From positions 704,001-768,000 of the forward strand of contig CAXXFF010000003.1 of the NCBI GenBank assembly GCA_963676835.2: a DNA stretch of 64,000 nt, given 5' to 3'. A program made the translations under genes and the position numbers. This DNA is from Marispirochaeta sp. (GTDB lineage: Bacteria; Spirochaetota; Spirochaetia; JC444; Marispirochaetaceae). Within the stretch, counting starts at the first letter, position 1. Every line of letters starts with the position of its first letter. The notes under the pieces are model-generated. The model was not told the DNA's origin, searched no databases, and saw only the letters and a list, made by a program, of their open reading frames with translations. This document shows positions 30,244-40,860 of this stretch, piece by piece.

Positions 30244-31489
30244 CCTGACCGCTGCCCTTATAGGCTGACAGAAATGCAGATGCAGTCTCTATCTCTGATT
30301 TTGATATATCTCCGGATACCATGAGCTGTGTAAAGATGGACTCATACACCTGCTTCACGTTTTTCCAATCCTTGAATTCTGCTGGAATCGCCGAGATTTC
30401 CGCCTCTTCCAGCACAGTCAGACCTTTAAGTATAACCTGATCCAGGGGATCGGAACCGATCAGGGCCCGGGCTTCCTCCACGGTGGGAATAAACCCGCCC
30501 ACACCACGGGATATTTCAACCTGAATCTCCGGACGGGAGAGAAACTCCAGAAACATCACCGCTTCATCGGTATGAGGTGAAGATAAGGGGATACCCGCTC
30601 CGGAAATTCCGGCAATACTTCCCATACCGGCACTGCCTGAGGGAGCCAGAAACAGTTCAAAATCTTCCGGAGCCTGCATAACAACACTGCCGATACGGGC
30701 ACAGTGGGCAAAGGCAAACCATGCCTCGCCTGAAAGCAGGGGCTGAATAACCGAATCAAAACTTCCGGAATCCGGATGAACAGAAGCCTTCAGCTTCTGC
30801 ATCAGCGCCAGTCCGTTATATGCCCCTTCGGAAGAAAGATCCGGAAATCCTCCCCCATAGGAACGGATTATTCCACCCATAAAATAGGTAAGACTCTTGC
30901 CGGGAACCCCGGTTAAGGCCAAAAGACCTCGACCTTCCTGCGCTGAAGCACTGCCCATCCATTGAGCAGCCTCTTCCCAGCTGAGACGGCCTTCGGAACT
31001 GGAAAAATTGCGGTATTTTGCGGCATTCTTCGATGCGATAAAGAGATAAACATCGCTGTTTACGGGCAGAAAATAGTTCCAGCACAAATCATTGCAGTCG
31101 AATTTCCCGAAAGAGTTATAGCTGCGTCCGGTATACAGCTGTTTATGGGCGGATAAATCAAGAAAATCTACAGAAGATGAGGTCTGTTTTAATCTGTTTC
31201 CATACAGGATCAGAATATCCGCACCTTTTCCACCATCTCTGTCGATCAAGGCATTAATGGCATCGTCCGAGTAGAATGAGAAATTGACATTTATTCCCGT
31301 CTCGTCAACAAAGCGGGGTATAATTTTATCACGGATAAATCCCTGCTCCCGGAGGGGCGTCCAGAGGCGGGAGTAGACCTGTAAAGTAATCTTCTGATCA
31401 TGCCGACTTTTAGAACAGCTGAAAAGAAGAAAAATCATGAGTATCATGAACAAAATCAGCAGATGGCGGGTTGCTCCGCGTCGTGACAA
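30236..31489 (-). CDS. Sugar-type extracellular solute-binding lipoprotein, no permease nearby
   Basis: Lipobox LLFSC; F..ETGINV, EAVMFLEFL..PE.Q; stop overlaps the kinase start. Confidence 0.8.
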   Translation of the reverse strand: MSRRGATRHLLILFMILMIFLLFSCSKSRHDQKITLQVYSRLWTPLREQGFIRDKIIPRFVDETGINVNFSFYSDDAINALIDRDGGKGADILILYGNRLKQTSSSVDFLDLSAHKQLYTGRSYNSFGKFDCNDLCWNYFLPVNSDVYLFIASKNAAKYRNFSSSEGRLSWEEAAQWMGSASAQEGRGLLALTGVPGKSLTYFMGGIIRSYGGGFPDLSSEGAYNGLALMQKLKASVHPDSGSFDSVIQPLLSGEAWFAFAHCARIGSVVMQAPEDFELFLAPSGSAGMGSIAGISGAGIPLSSPHTDEAVMFLEFLSRPEIQVEISRGVGGFIPTVEEARALIGSDPLDQVILKGLTVLEEAEISAIPAEFKDWKNVKQVYESIFTQLMVSGDISKSEIETASAFLSAYKGSGQGE

Positions 31490-31559
31490 AATATGCTCCT
31501 GACTGGTCTATGAGTCAAATTGTAGCAGATTCCCGGGAGTACAAGCAATGGGAGGGAAT

Positions 31560-33179
31560 ATGCGTAAAAGATCTCTTGCGGTAGGATCCGGAAAGGGCGG
31601 TGTAGGAAAAACCACCACAGCGGTTAACCTGGCAATCTATTTTGCAAAACAGGGATATTCTACTGCCCTCATAGATGTGGATCCCCTCTCAAACGCTGCC
31701 TCCCTGCTGGATATAGACGAGAACTATCGGGGTGAATCCCTTGATGCCGATGCCGGACTGGATGACTTTGTTCTGCCGGTTTTTAATAATCTCGATCTGC
31801 TTTTTCCCGGAAATAAAACCGGCCGCAGAGATTCCGCCCTGCTGCGTAAGCTTATCTTTGAGACCTACCATGACGCCTTAAACGGCGCCTACGACATTTT
31901 TATCTTTGACCTTCCCGCAGGACTGGATACAGAGGAGAACCTTTCCTTTCTGCCCCACATCGATAATCTGATCGTTGTAACCAACCCGGAGCCCACTGCT
32001 CATGTAGCTGCAGGTGCCTATATTAAAGCGGTTCTGGAAACTGCTCCGGAAATTTCCATAAATCTCTGGCACAACCGCTTTACCGCTCCCCGGGGAGGAG
32101 GAATCCTTCAGCGTGATGTCATTGCAAGCTACAACCGCAACATGCCCGAAGAGGAGCATCTGCCGGAAAGCCTGGGACAGAGAATAAAGAACCTTGCCTT
32201 TGTACCGGAAGATCCGGCACTGGATCTTCTTCAAGGGACCCCTTCGGCGATTATGAACATCCATCGCTCCCTTGCCAGTATTATTGACCAGCTGACCGAA
32301 ACCCGGGTGGAAATGCTCACCGCCGATGCACCCTTTCATCCGGGTATACGCAGCCTGCTTACCGGATACCTTGCGGGGTACAATGAAGAATCGCCAGCCC
32401 TGTTTCTGGAGAACTTCGGCGCCTATGTTTCGGGACTTTTAAGCAGCACCTTTCATGTGGATTCCATGAAAATCCGTCTTTTTACCGAGAAAGAAGAGGA
32501 GGTACTGCTGCAGATTCACGAAAGTATAAGCGGCGACCGCAAACTCCAGCATCTTCGCAAAGTGAGCATTCTGCTGGAAAAAAAGGTTGAAGAACTTGAG
32601 GATGAAACAAAACTGTTTGCACCGGGAACAAAAATAGTCCAGGACCGGGATATTGACCGGGAACTTGGTCTCCTGCTGCGCAACATTCAGCAGTCCAGCA
32701 GCATCGAACCCATGCGCCCCAATGCTGCGGTATTGCTTTTTTACTTTGCCCTCTACAAGCTGCTGCAGTCTCCCACAATAGTCAGCCTGCTGAACGATTT
32801 TATTCCCTTCAGATCGGGATCAAGGGGAGAACCGGTGCGGGACCGCCGGGGACAGATAACCCAGCTGGTTAATCGTGAAGAGACCTACAGCAGACGCTAC
32901 TTTAAACTGATAAAGACGCTCTTTCCGGTGGTGGCGCGGCAGATTGAAGCAATAAGCAAAACTTTCGGTCTCAAAAACCTGCTCTTCAGGGACTCGGAAG
33001 GGCGAAAAATACGCAGCGACCTTTATGCCAAACTTTTAAGCAACTTTATCCACGATACTCTATATTCCGGTCTGTCGGTGGTAGTCGGCTTTGAATACCG
33101 CAGTGCTGCAATCTCCTTTCAGAAGGGTGCAGATGCACTGTGCGAAATACTGCTGCCTGCGGACGAAAAAAGCGCATAG
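31560..33179 (+). CDS. MinD/ParA/FlhG-family ATPase with long C-terminal extension
   Basis: [10 protein letters not shown] deviant Walker [28 protein letters not shown] before ATG 31560. Confidence 0.8.
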   Translation: MRKRSLAVGSGKGGVGKTTTAVNLAIYFAKQGYSTALIDVDPLSNAASLLDIDENYRGESLDADAGLDDFVLPVFNNLDLLFPGNKTGRRDSALLRKLIFETYHDALNGAYDIFIFDLPAGLDTEENLSFLPHIDNLIVVTNPEPTAHVAAGAYIKAVLETAPEISINLWHNRFTAPRGGGILQRDVIASYNRNMPEEEHLPESLGQRIKNLAFVPEDPALDLLQGTPSAIMNIHRSLASIIDQLTETRVEMLTADAPFHPGIRSLLTGYLAGYNEESPALFLENFGAYVSGLLSSTFHVDSMKIRLFTEKEEEVLLQIHESISGDRKLQHLRKVSILLEKKVEELEDETKLFAPGTKIVQDRDIDRELGLLLRNIQQSSSIEPMRPNAAVLLFYFALYKLLQSPTIVSLLNDFIPFRSGSRGEPVRDRRGQITQLVNREETYSRRYFKLIKTLFPVVARQIEAISKTFGLKNLLFRDSEGRKIRSDLYAKLLSNFIHDTLYSGLSVVVGFEYRSAAISFQKGADALCEILLPADEKSA

Positions 33180-33201
33180 ATAAGGATTGGCTGACAAATA
33201 T

Positions 33202-33978
33202 CTAAACAGCTGAAGTCTCTGCTGATAGATGACCGTATATCCGGCGTTTGGCGGCAAGAAAATTCTCGTCCATTGTCACCGCCCTGGTTCTGGGCCGGGG
33301 CAGATTAATAATTTCTTCCGCTGCTATTCCCGCCGGTTTTTCGCTGAGCACCAGTACTCTGTCGGAAATCAGTATGGCCTCGTCTATATCATGTGTAACC
33401 ATAAGCACCGTTGTTTTCAGTGAAGAGATAAGCGAGGAGAGCCATTCCTGCAGGCGCTCCCGGGTTATGGCATCCAGGGCACCGAAGGGTTCATCCAGCA
33501 GCATAATATCCCTGCGGTAGAGGTAGGTACGCATCAATGCCGCCCGCTGACGCATACCGCCGGAAAGCTGGCTTGGATAGTAATTTTCAAAACCCGCCAG
33601 ACCGAAGGGTTCAAAAAGAGGAGCCGCTGTCTCACGGGCCGCTTTTTTTGCGATACCCCGGAGTTTGAGAGGGGCAGTTACATTATCAATGACCCTTTTC
33701 CAGGGTAGAAGCAGATCCTTCTGATGCATATAACTGACCCTGCCGGTGTTGCCGTTGATAGCCTCCCCTGCTACCGTTACAGACCCGCTGTCCGGACGGG
33801 TAAGTCCTGCAATAAGCTGCATAACCGTGCTTTTTCCGCATCCCGACGGCCCTAACAGGGTAAGAACCTCCCCTCTCCTGAGAGAGAAGGAGAGGTTCTT
33901 CAGAACATCCAGTCCGGAAAAACTTTTCGAAACATGGGAGAGTTCAATTACTGCATCTGTTTTTCCGTCAGGTATCAT
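33202..33978 (-). CDS. ABC ATPase, NitT/TauT (ThiZ-like)
   Basis: GPSGCGKST, LSGGMRQR, LLDEPFGALD, VTHDIDEA. Confidence 0.93.
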   Translation of the reverse strand: MIPDGKTDAVIELSHVSKSFSGLDVLKNLSFSLRRGEVLTLLGPSGCGKSTVMQLIAGLTRPDSGSVTVAGEAINGNTGRVSYMHQKDLLLPWKRVIDNVTAPLKLRGIAKKAARETAAPLFEPFGLAGFENYYPSQLSGGMRQRAALMRTYLYRRDIMLLDEPFGALDAITRERLQEWLSSLISSLKTTVLMVTHDIDEAILISDRVLVLSEKPAGIAAEEIINLPRPRTRAVTMDENFLAAKRRIYGHLSAETSAV

Positions 33979-33987
33979 ATGTTCTGC

Positions 33988-34986
33988 TTATTCCGGCAGA
34001 AACCGGTTGGTGAAGGCTTTTTCCGGATCAAACTCACCTTCCAGGAGGCCTCTTTCGCTTAACCAGTCGGCATAACGGGACCAGACATCAAGCTTCATTT
34101 CTCCCCAGCGAGGAGCCTCGGCCTTATACTGGTCGGTAAGATAGTTCTGGCTGGATTTTACCAGTTCGCTGTCCAGCTCCGGGGCAGCTTTAAGCAGAAT
34201 ATCAGCAGCACCCTCGGGATTTTCGATGCAGTACTCATAGCCCCGGGAAACCGCCGCAAGAAATGCTTTGACCAGATCCGGCTGCTCACTGATAACAGTA
34301 TCAGTAGTTATCAGTACAGGAGTGTAGTAATCCAGAGCCTCTTCAGTGGCCAGAGGAATATAATTGAGGTCAATCCCCTTCAGCTCTGCCGCAACACCAT
34401 CCCATCCGCGGAAAATCCAGACAAAATCAATATCCGATTCGGTGGCAGCGAAAAAGTCCATGGAACCGATGGGCACAATATCTACTTCTGCGAAGTCCCC
34501 GCCGGCACCTTCAACGAGGGCTTTAACCATTGCCTCTTCGATGGGGGATCCCCAGCCGCCGTAGGCTTTTCCCTCAAAATCCGCAGGACCTGCAATACCT
34601 TCGGAAGCCCGTGAACCGAACCCGGAGGTGTTATGCTGAATAATGGTAGCCACCGCCACAAGAGGGGTTCCTGAAGCCCTGGCATAGGTTACCCCTTCCT
34701 GATATCCCACGGCAAACTGAGCCTTGCCGGAAAGGACAAGACTTTCTGCTCCGGTCTCCGGTGGGAACTCAATGGATGCATCCAGACCTGCCTCGGCAAA
34801 ATAACCCTTTTCCAGAGCCACATATAATCCGGTATGGTTGGTATTAACCGTCCAGTCAAGAACTACCGTTACAGGAGTCAGTGCCGGAGCTTCCGAGGCA
34901 GATGCAGTTTCAGATTTTTTTGCTGTGCAGCTGCCGAGAATCAGAGCCAGCACCAGCATTGATGGTACAACAATAAAACGCTTCAT
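33988..34986 (-). CDS. NMT1/THI5-like (ThiY) substrate-binding lipoprotein
   Basis: Lipobox LGSC; LDWTVNTNHTG.YVA..KGYF; downstream of a TPP riboswitch. Confidence 0.9.
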   Translation of the reverse strand: MKRFIVVPSMLVLALILGSCTAKKSETASASEAPALTPVTVVLDWTVNTNHTGLYVALEKGYFAEAGLDASIEFPPETGAESLVLSGKAQFAVGYQEGVTYARASGTPLVAVATIIQHNTSGFGSRASEGIAGPADFEGKAYGGWGSPIEEAMVKALVEGAGGDFAEVDIVPIGSMDFFAATESDIDFVWIFRGWDGVAAELKGIDLNYIPLATEEALDYYTPVLITTDTVISEQPDLVKAFLAAVSRGYEYCIENPEGAADILLKAAPELDSELVKSSQNYLTDQYKAEAPRWGEMKLDVWSRYADWLSERGLLEGEFDPEKAFTNRFLPE

Positions 34987-35744
34987 AGATCAGTTCCTTT
35001 ATCTGTATATTTCCAGGACAGCAGAATACGTTCTGCAGCCGAAACAAGTGCGACAACCCCGAGGCTTACCACGACAACTACAAGAATTGCGGCAAACACC
35101 CGGGGAGTATTAAATGTTTTATACGAGCGGATCATATAGACCCCCATACCCGCTTTTGCACCCAGCCACTCACCGATGACAGCTCCCATAACACTGTATG
35201 TGGCAGCGATCCTTAAGCCCGAAAAAAGCGCCGCCAAAGCGCCGGGAAGACGTACCTGAAGAAAAATCTGCAGCGGGGTGGCCCGCATACTGCGGTAAAG
35301 GTCTATCAGCTCCGGATCGGTATGCTGAAGCCCGTCGGTAAGACTGACGGCAATAGGGAAAAAGCAGACAAGCACCACCACCACAACCTTGGCTGTCAGG
35401 CCGAAGCCGAACCAGATAAGAAACAGGGGGTAGATAAATATAATCGGCACCGTCTGGGAGACTACAATGTAGGGGTACAGCGCCCTGCGCAGGGGGGGCA
35501 GTAGATCCATAACCAGGGAAAACAAAGCCGCAACAACAATTGAGAGCAGAAAGCCGATAAGAGCCGTAAAAAGGGTTACCCCTATATGGGGCAGCATAAG
35601 GGGAAAATGTTCGACCAGGGCAATGAGAATTGCCGAAGGTGAAGGGAGGATATACTCCTGGATGCTCAACAGGCGGCACAGGACCTCCCAGACTACGGTA
35701 AAAACGAGTCCTGCTGCAATTGATGGAAGACGGCGGGATATCAT
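34983..35744 (-). CDS. ABC permease (ThiX-like)
   Basis: ILPSP, QTVP, LIWFGFG, GAVIGEW.G...G.G. Confidence 0.9.
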   Translation of the reverse strand: MISRRLPSIAAGLVFTVVWEVLCRLLSIQEYILPSPSAILIALVEHFPLMLPHIGVTLFTALIGFLLSIVVAALFSLVMDLLPPLRRALYPYIVVSQTVPIIFIYPLFLIWFGFGLTAKVVVVVLVCFFPIAVSLTDGLQHTDPELIDLYRSMRATPLQIFLQVRLPGALAALFSGLRIAATYSVMGAVIGEWLGAKAGMGVYMIRSYKTFNTPRVFAAILVVVVVSLGVVALVSAAERILLSWKYTDKGTDL

Positions 35745-35750
35745 GTCTGA

Positions 35751-36041
35751 TCAGTCCCGGTATTTGCCTATCTTTTCATCCATGGTAATACCGCCGGGTT
35801 TTACATCAGTTTTAATAACCGATCCAACCCGGGCGGCACCTTCAGCGAGACAGATGCGGTGGGCTTCCTTGACAATATCAAAGAGCTGATCCATTTCACC
35901 TTCGATGGTGGTCTCCATGGGACCGACGATATGCGGCAGGCCCGTAGCCTTTATCATGGCTATGACCTTATCGACTGTAGGATAGAGCTTTTCTTCCGGA
36001 ACCCGGGGAAGAATCTGGAGGCTTAAATTCATGGTGGACAT
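35751..36041 (-). CDS. MTH1187/YkoF-family thiamine-binding protein
   Basis: SLQILP...VDKVI..I..TGL...VGPMETTIEG; first gene after the TPP riboswitch. Confidence 0.9.
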   Translation of the reverse strand: MSTMNLSLQILPRVPEEKLYPTVDKVIAMIKATGLPHIVGPMETTIEGEMDQLFDIVKEAHRICLAEGAARVGSVIKTDVKPGGITMDEKIGKYRD

Positions 36042-36118
36042 AACAACTCCTTCAGCTGGCAGGAAAATACCGCAATGCGGTGGGCAATCTGCCTGGACTG
36101 TGTCAAAGGAGGTGAAAC

Positions 36119-36167
36119 AAAAAAGGCTTCTTAAAGATTACACAAACAGTAATCTTTACAGAAGCCT
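36119..36167 (-). terminator. Terminator in the TPP riboswitch expression platform
   Basis: Minus strand AGGCTTCTGTAAAGATTAC-loop-GTAATCTTTAAGAAGCCT followed by TTTTT, between the aptamer and the first ORF. Confidence 0.8.
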
Positions 36168-36192
36168 GTGAATTTGCGGTTAAAGATGCGAA

Positions 36193-36287
36193 CCGTCGAT
36201 CCCTTCGCCGGTATTACCCGGATCAGGTCAGAAGGTCGGAACCGGTCAGATTCCCTCTCAGCCATACCACATAGCTCCCTTTGACGT
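36193..36287 (-). ncRNA. TPP (THI-box) riboswitch
   Basis: Minus strand GGGAGC...GGCTGAGAGGG...ACCTGATCCGGGTAATACCGGCGAAGGGA matches the THI-box core; precedes thiamine-precursor transport genes. Confidence 0.95.
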
Positions 36288-36378
36288 TAGAAAAGATGTC
36301 ACCGGGAGCAAAAAAAGTCAAGCGAATTGTCAGGATACGATGAAGATAGTGTAATAATGGTACACGAGAAGAAGAGGT

Positions 36379-37356
36379 TTAGATTTCTTTTACAGGATTT
36401 CTTCTGCGGTTTACCAGAATAATTCCGGTAAGAATAACCGCCGCCCCTGCAAGCTGCACCGCCGTAAGCCGCTCGCCGAGAAGAACGAAACCGCCTGCAA
36501 CACCGCAGACCGGCGGCAGATTTCCGTAGACCGACGCCCGGATTCCGCCGATACGCTTGACTCCGGCGCTCCATAGGGTGTTCCCCAGAACCAGCGCAAA
36601 GATACCGGAAAAGAGTGAACTGCCGTAGACCGCCGGAGATGCATGAAAATATAGGGAAACCCCATAACGGGGAAACGAAAAGGCCGCGAATAAAATAAGC
36701 GCCATGGTCATGCCGATAAAGACTACCTGGAAAATCGAGTATTCGCGAATTACGGGTCTGATAAAGACAGTATAGATACCATAGAAAAATTCAGAAGCCG
36801 CAAGAAAAACAACCCCGGCAAGATACGTCCCTCCGCTGGAGAGTCCCCCCTTCCCTCCTGCGGAGAGAATTATGACACCCATAAAGGTTGCAGCAATGCC
36901 GGCAAGCTTGAACACGGTAACCTTCTCGGTCCTGAATATAAGGGTAATCAGCGCAACCATAATTGGCAGTGTTCCCAGGATTACCGAGGCAACACTGGCG
37001 GAAGTTGCAGCCACACCGAAGCTGAAAAGAACCTGAAACAGAAAAAAACCCGCAACAGGCAGGGCAAACAGTCTGACAAAGTGGCTGAAAGGTACAGGTT
37101 TCCAGCTTCCCGAAGCAAGAAGAACGGGAAACATGATGATAATTCCCCAGAACAGCCTGAGGGTATTGAAAGGAAGTGGATCAATTTCCGCCAGACCGAT
37201 CTTCATGAGGATCGGATTCAATCCCCAGAAAACCGCGGCGGTTATAAGCATTGCATGGGGAAGAATACCAGACAGGGCCCCGAATTTTCCGCTTTTCATT
37301 ACAGTTGTAGTAACCGTTTTAAGCAGAAAAGTACAGGACACATGTCCTGTCTGCAT
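36379..37356 (-). CDS. DMT/EamA transporter (start may be 37299)
   Basis: About 10 TM segments, two EamA repeats (FWGLN...K; LLGE.LT..QL.G). Confidence 0.88.
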   Translation of the reverse strand: MQTGHVSCTFLLKTVTTTVMKSGKFGALSGILPHAMLITAAVFWGLNPILMKIGLAEIDPLPFNTLRLFWGIIIMFPVLLASGSWKPVPFSHFVRLFALPVAGFFLFQVLFSFGVAATSASVASVILGTLPIMVALITLIFRTEKVTVFKLAGIAATFMGVIILSAGGKGGLSSGGTYLAGVVFLAASEFFYGIYTVFIRPVIREYSIFQVVFIGMTMALILFAAFSFPRYGVSLYFHASPAVYGSSLFSGIFALVLGNTLWSAGVKRIGGIRASVYGNLPPVCGVAGGFVLLGERLTAVQLAGAAVILTGIILVNRRRNPVKEI

Positions 37357-37377
37357 AATTCTTTCTGATTAAAAAGG

Positions 37378-38742
37378 TTATCTGACCAAGGTCGGCTTTT
37401 TACTGTCGAACTTCCAGTCCTTGATCAGGTACTGCATGGCCATGGCATCGTCCCGGTCGCCGGCTTTCAGGGTTTTATAGAGCTTGTTCGCCTCTTCCAC
37501 CCGGTCCATGTCAATTTCAAGACCAAGTCCGCCCTTCTCGGGTATCTGGATTTTCCCTTCTTTGATCGCATAGGGCTCTTTAGTCAGGCGCTGACCGTCC
37601 TGCCAGATCCAGTGGGTATCCATGGCGGTAATATCTCCGGGAGCTGCTGCTGCAACCTGCGTAAAAATAGCCAGGGAAATATCAAAGTGGTTGTTTGAGT
37701 GGGATCCCCAGGTAAGGCCCCAGTCGTTACAAACCTGAGCGGCCCGGACGGAACCGCTCATGGTCCAGAAGTGGGGATCCGCCAGGGGAATATCCACGGC
37801 ATTCAGCACAACGGAATGGTAAAACTGCCGCCAGTTGGTAGCGATCATATTGGTTGCAACCGGCAGATTAACCGCCCGCTTGAACTCGGACATAATCTCA
37901 CGGCCGCTGAAACCCTGTTCCGGTCCACAGGGGTCTTCTGCATAGGTAAGCACATCATCCACCTCACGGCAGAGTTTGATCGCCTCTTTAAGGGACCAGG
38001 CACCGTTGGGGTCGATATTTATACGGGCATCGGGAAACTCTTTTCCCAGAGCCTTGATTACTTCAATCTCTTTTTCTCCCTCAAGAACACCGCCTTTGAG
38101 CTTGAAATCCTTGAAGCCGTAGTGATCCTTGGCTGCATGAGCCTGGGCTACAATTGCTTCCGGAGTAAGGGCCTCTCTCCGCCTTTCGCGGAACCAGGGA
38201 ACCGAACTCGATTCTTCATCGATATAGGGCAGATCTGTTTTTGATTTGTCGCCAATGAAGAAGAGATAACCAAGCATGAGTACTTCGCTTCTCTGCATCC
38301 CGTCCCCAAGCAGGGCTGCAGCAGGAAGATGCAGAAACTGGCCGACAAGGTCCAGCAGGGCGGATTCAACGGCAATCTCTGCATGTACAACAAAGCGCAG
38401 CTGACTGAGATCGAGCTCCTGCAGACCTGCACCACCGTCTGATTTCCTTCCGGGATCAATTCCGTTCAGGGAATTGAGTATTCCCTTGTAGTCACCGATT
38501 GGCTTACCTACAACATGGGGAATATAGCTTTCCAGAGCCTGAAGGATGTGTTCCCCCCCATGAACTTCTCCCAGACCGGTATTGCCGGTGCTGTCGGTAA
38601 GAATTACAATATTTCGGGTAAAAAGCGGTCCGTGGGCGCCGCTGAGAGAGAAGAGCATGCTGTCATAACCCGCAACGGGGATAACTTTCATATCTGTTAC
38701 AACAGGAGATCCGTGAAGGTCTTTTTCTGTGTTTGCAGCCAT
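37378..38742 (-). CDS. gudD: Glucarate dehydratase (enolase superfamily)
   Basis: [52 protein letters not shown]; GudD catalytic motifs intact. Confidence 0.9.
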   Translation of the reverse strand: MAANTEKDLHGSPVVTDMKVIPVAGYDSMLFSLSGAHGPLFTRNIVILTDSTGNTGLGEVHGGEHILQALESYIPHVVGKPIGDYKGILNSLNGIDPGRKSDGGAGLQELDLSQLRFVVHAEIAVESALLDLVGQFLHLPAAALLGDGMQRSEVLMLGYLFFIGDKSKTDLPYIDEESSSVPWFRERRREALTPEAIVAQAHAAKDHYGFKDFKLKGGVLEGEKEIEVIKALGKEFPDARINIDPNGAWSLKEAIKLCREVDDVLTYAEDPCGPEQGFSGREIMSEFKRAVNLPVATNMIATNWRQFYHSVVLNAVDIPLADPHFWTMSGSVRAAQVCNDWGLTWGSHSNNHFDISLAIFTQVAAAAPGDITAMDTHWIWQDGQRLTKEPYAIKEGKIQIPEKGGLGLEIDMDRVEEANKLYKTLKAGDRDDAMAMQYLIKDWKFDSKKPTLVR

Positions 38743-38925
38743 TTATCTGTTCCTTTAGTGGTTTTTTGGGTACACAATGACTCTATCGTACCATTGGTAT
38801 ACAGAAGATATACAAATAGTTCCCTTTGTTCTTTAACAATTTTTACAGTCATTGTATTTTCTAGTCCGTATATCAGGTATAGTAGACTTAAGGGCTAAAT
38901 GCAACGCCCGGGCAGATGAAGTAGT

Positions 38926-40830
38926 ATGATAAAGATTACAGCAGTCGTTCCTGACACACAACTCGGCCTGCTCATCCAGGACATTCTGGAGGAGCACGAT
39001 GAATACCCCTATCACAAGGATCCTTCCGGCGAAGTCTGTGAACTGGAAGTGCTCATTGAACACGAAATTGAGGCAATCCGCGGCCTGGAAATAGACAGTG
39101 ATGTAATAATCGCCAGGGGATACACCGCCCAGCTGCTTCTTGAGAGCAACAGAAACACTCCGGTGGTAAAACTTCCGGTAACAGTAAACGACATTATCCG
39201 CAGCCTGCTTGAAGCCAAAAAGCTCTACCCCCACAGAAAGCCCCTGATAATGGGCACCCGGAATATCATATTCCAGTTTGAAAGCCTTTCCGAGATATTC
39301 GGCAGAGATCTGACTCCTGTGCTCCTGACGGAACAGACTGAACAGGAAATTCAGACAATGTTCAAGCTCATGGTTAAGCCCGACAGCCATGTTGTTATCG
39401 GCGGAAGAATGGTCTGTGAATATGCTGATTGCCTGGGAATTCCCCAGCTTGGGCTTCAGTCAGGCCAGATGGCGGTATGGCAGACTATTTCCGAAGCAAA
39501 ACGGGTGGCCCTTATAAGCAGGCAGGAACAGGAACGGACCCTCCGGTTCCGCTCAATTTTAGACAGTTCCACCGAGGGAATCCTGGTGGTCGACCGTAAC
39601 AGCCTGATAACGGTAATAAACAGAACAGCAGAAGAGATACTCAGCCTTTCCGCTGCGGAGGTAATAGGCAGGAATGTGTACAGCGTTTTTGAAAATTCCC
39701 GGATTACCGATTATCTCGCAAAACCCGGAACCTTCCGGGACGAGATTGTAGAATGGAAAGAGCGCACCCTGGCTTTAAGCAGAACACGGGTTATGCATAA
39801 ATCCCAGCAGGCCGGAAGTGTCCTCACCATACAGCCCGCCTCCCGAATCGAAGAGGCCGAGGGCAGGATCCGCCGTCAGGTGCACCATCGCGGTCATAAA
39901 GCCAGACACACCTTCAGAGATATTCTCGGAGTAAGTGATGTTATCCGGGAAACGATTGAGACTGCCCGCAACTTTGCCCGGGTGGACTCCAACATATCAA
40001 TCTTCGGCGGCACCGGTACCGGAAAAGAGCTCTTTGCCCAGAGTATTCACAACGCAAGCTCCCGCAGCAAGGGCCCTTTTGTGGCAATAAACTGTGCCGC
40101 CCTGTCGGAGAGTCTCCTGGAAAGCGAACTCTTCGGCTACGTGGAAGGGGCATTTACCGGAGCACGAAAAGGCGGCAAACCCGGCCTTTTCGAGCTCGCC
40201 CACCGGGGCACTGTTTTTCTCGATGAGATAGCTGAAATGTCCCTGAGGCTGCAGAGCAGGCTGCTGCGGGTACTACAGGAAAAAGAGATAATGCGCCTTG
40301 GGGATGACAGGATAATACCGGTGGATATCCGCATAATTTCCGCTGCCAACAGGGATATTGAAACACTTGTGGCGGAGGCTAAATTCAGGGAAGATCTCTT
40401 CTACCGTCTGGATGTGCTGAAACTGCAGATTCCCCCTCTCAATTCCCGCAGAGAGGACATTCCCTACCTTGCCCGCTATTTTATGCGCCTTCTGGCAGAG
40501 AGAAATCACACCGAACGGGAGCTGGATAAATCCGCCCTGGCAGTGCTTAAAACCCGGAACTGGAAAGGCAATGTCCGGGAACTGATCAATGCCTGTGAAC
40601 GCCTGTATGTGCTTACTGCGGGAAGCAGGATAACGGAAAAAGATCTGAAAAGGATTCTCCCGGAACAGAAGAATGAAGCAGAAGGAAGCTGCAGCGAAGA
40701 AGAGATAAGCAACAGCGAACTGAAGGCAATGCTGGAAGAAGAAGGGTACCGCAGAGACCGTCTTGCCGAACGTCTCGGCGTTCACCGCAGTACCCTCTGG
40801 AGAAGAATGAAAAAAAGCGGCCTTCTCTAA
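38926..40830 (+). CDS. Sigma-54-dependent activator, PrpR-like (PrpR_N, PAS, AAA+, Fis-type HTH)
   Basis: DVIIARG, GGTGTGKE, ESELFGYVEGAFTGA, FLDEI, FREDLFYRL, W.GNVREL, LGVHRSTLWRR. Confidence 0.93.
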   Translation: MIKITAVVPDTQLGLLIQDILEEHDEYPYHKDPSGEVCELEVLIEHEIEAIRGLEIDSDVIIARGYTAQLLLESNRNTPVVKLPVTVNDIIRSLLEAKKLYPHRKPLIMGTRNIIFQFESLSEIFGRDLTPVLLTEQTEQEIQTMFKLMVKPDSHVVIGGRMVCEYADCLGIPQLGLQSGQMAVWQTISEAKRVALISRQEQERTLRFRSILDSSTEGILVVDRNSLITVINRTAEEILSLSAAEVIGRNVYSVFENSRITDYLAKPGTFRDEIVEWKERTLALSRTRVMHKSQQAGSVLTIQPASRIEEAEGRIRRQVHHRGHKARHTFRDILGVSDVIRETIETARNFARVDSNISIFGGTGTGKELFAQSIHNASSRSKGPFVAINCAALSESLLESELFGYVEGAFTGARKGGKPGLFELAHRGTVFLDEIAEMSLRLQSRLLRVLQEKEIMRLGDDRIIPVDIRIISAANRDIETLVAEAKFREDLFYRLDVLKLQIPPLNSRREDIPYLARYFMRLLAERNHTERELDKSALAVLKTRNWKGNVRELINACERLYVLTAGSRITEKDLKRILPEQKNEAEGSCSEEEISNSELKAMLEEEGYRRDRLAERLGVHRSTLWRRMKKSGLL

Positions 40831-40860
40831 CTTCTCTCTATAGTCCCTTTTTGGGCCCCT

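Noticed and set aside
38900..38916. Sigma-54 promoter for gudD (minus strand CTGCCCGGGCGTTGCA)
   Set aside because: Lacks the invariant GG at -25/-24
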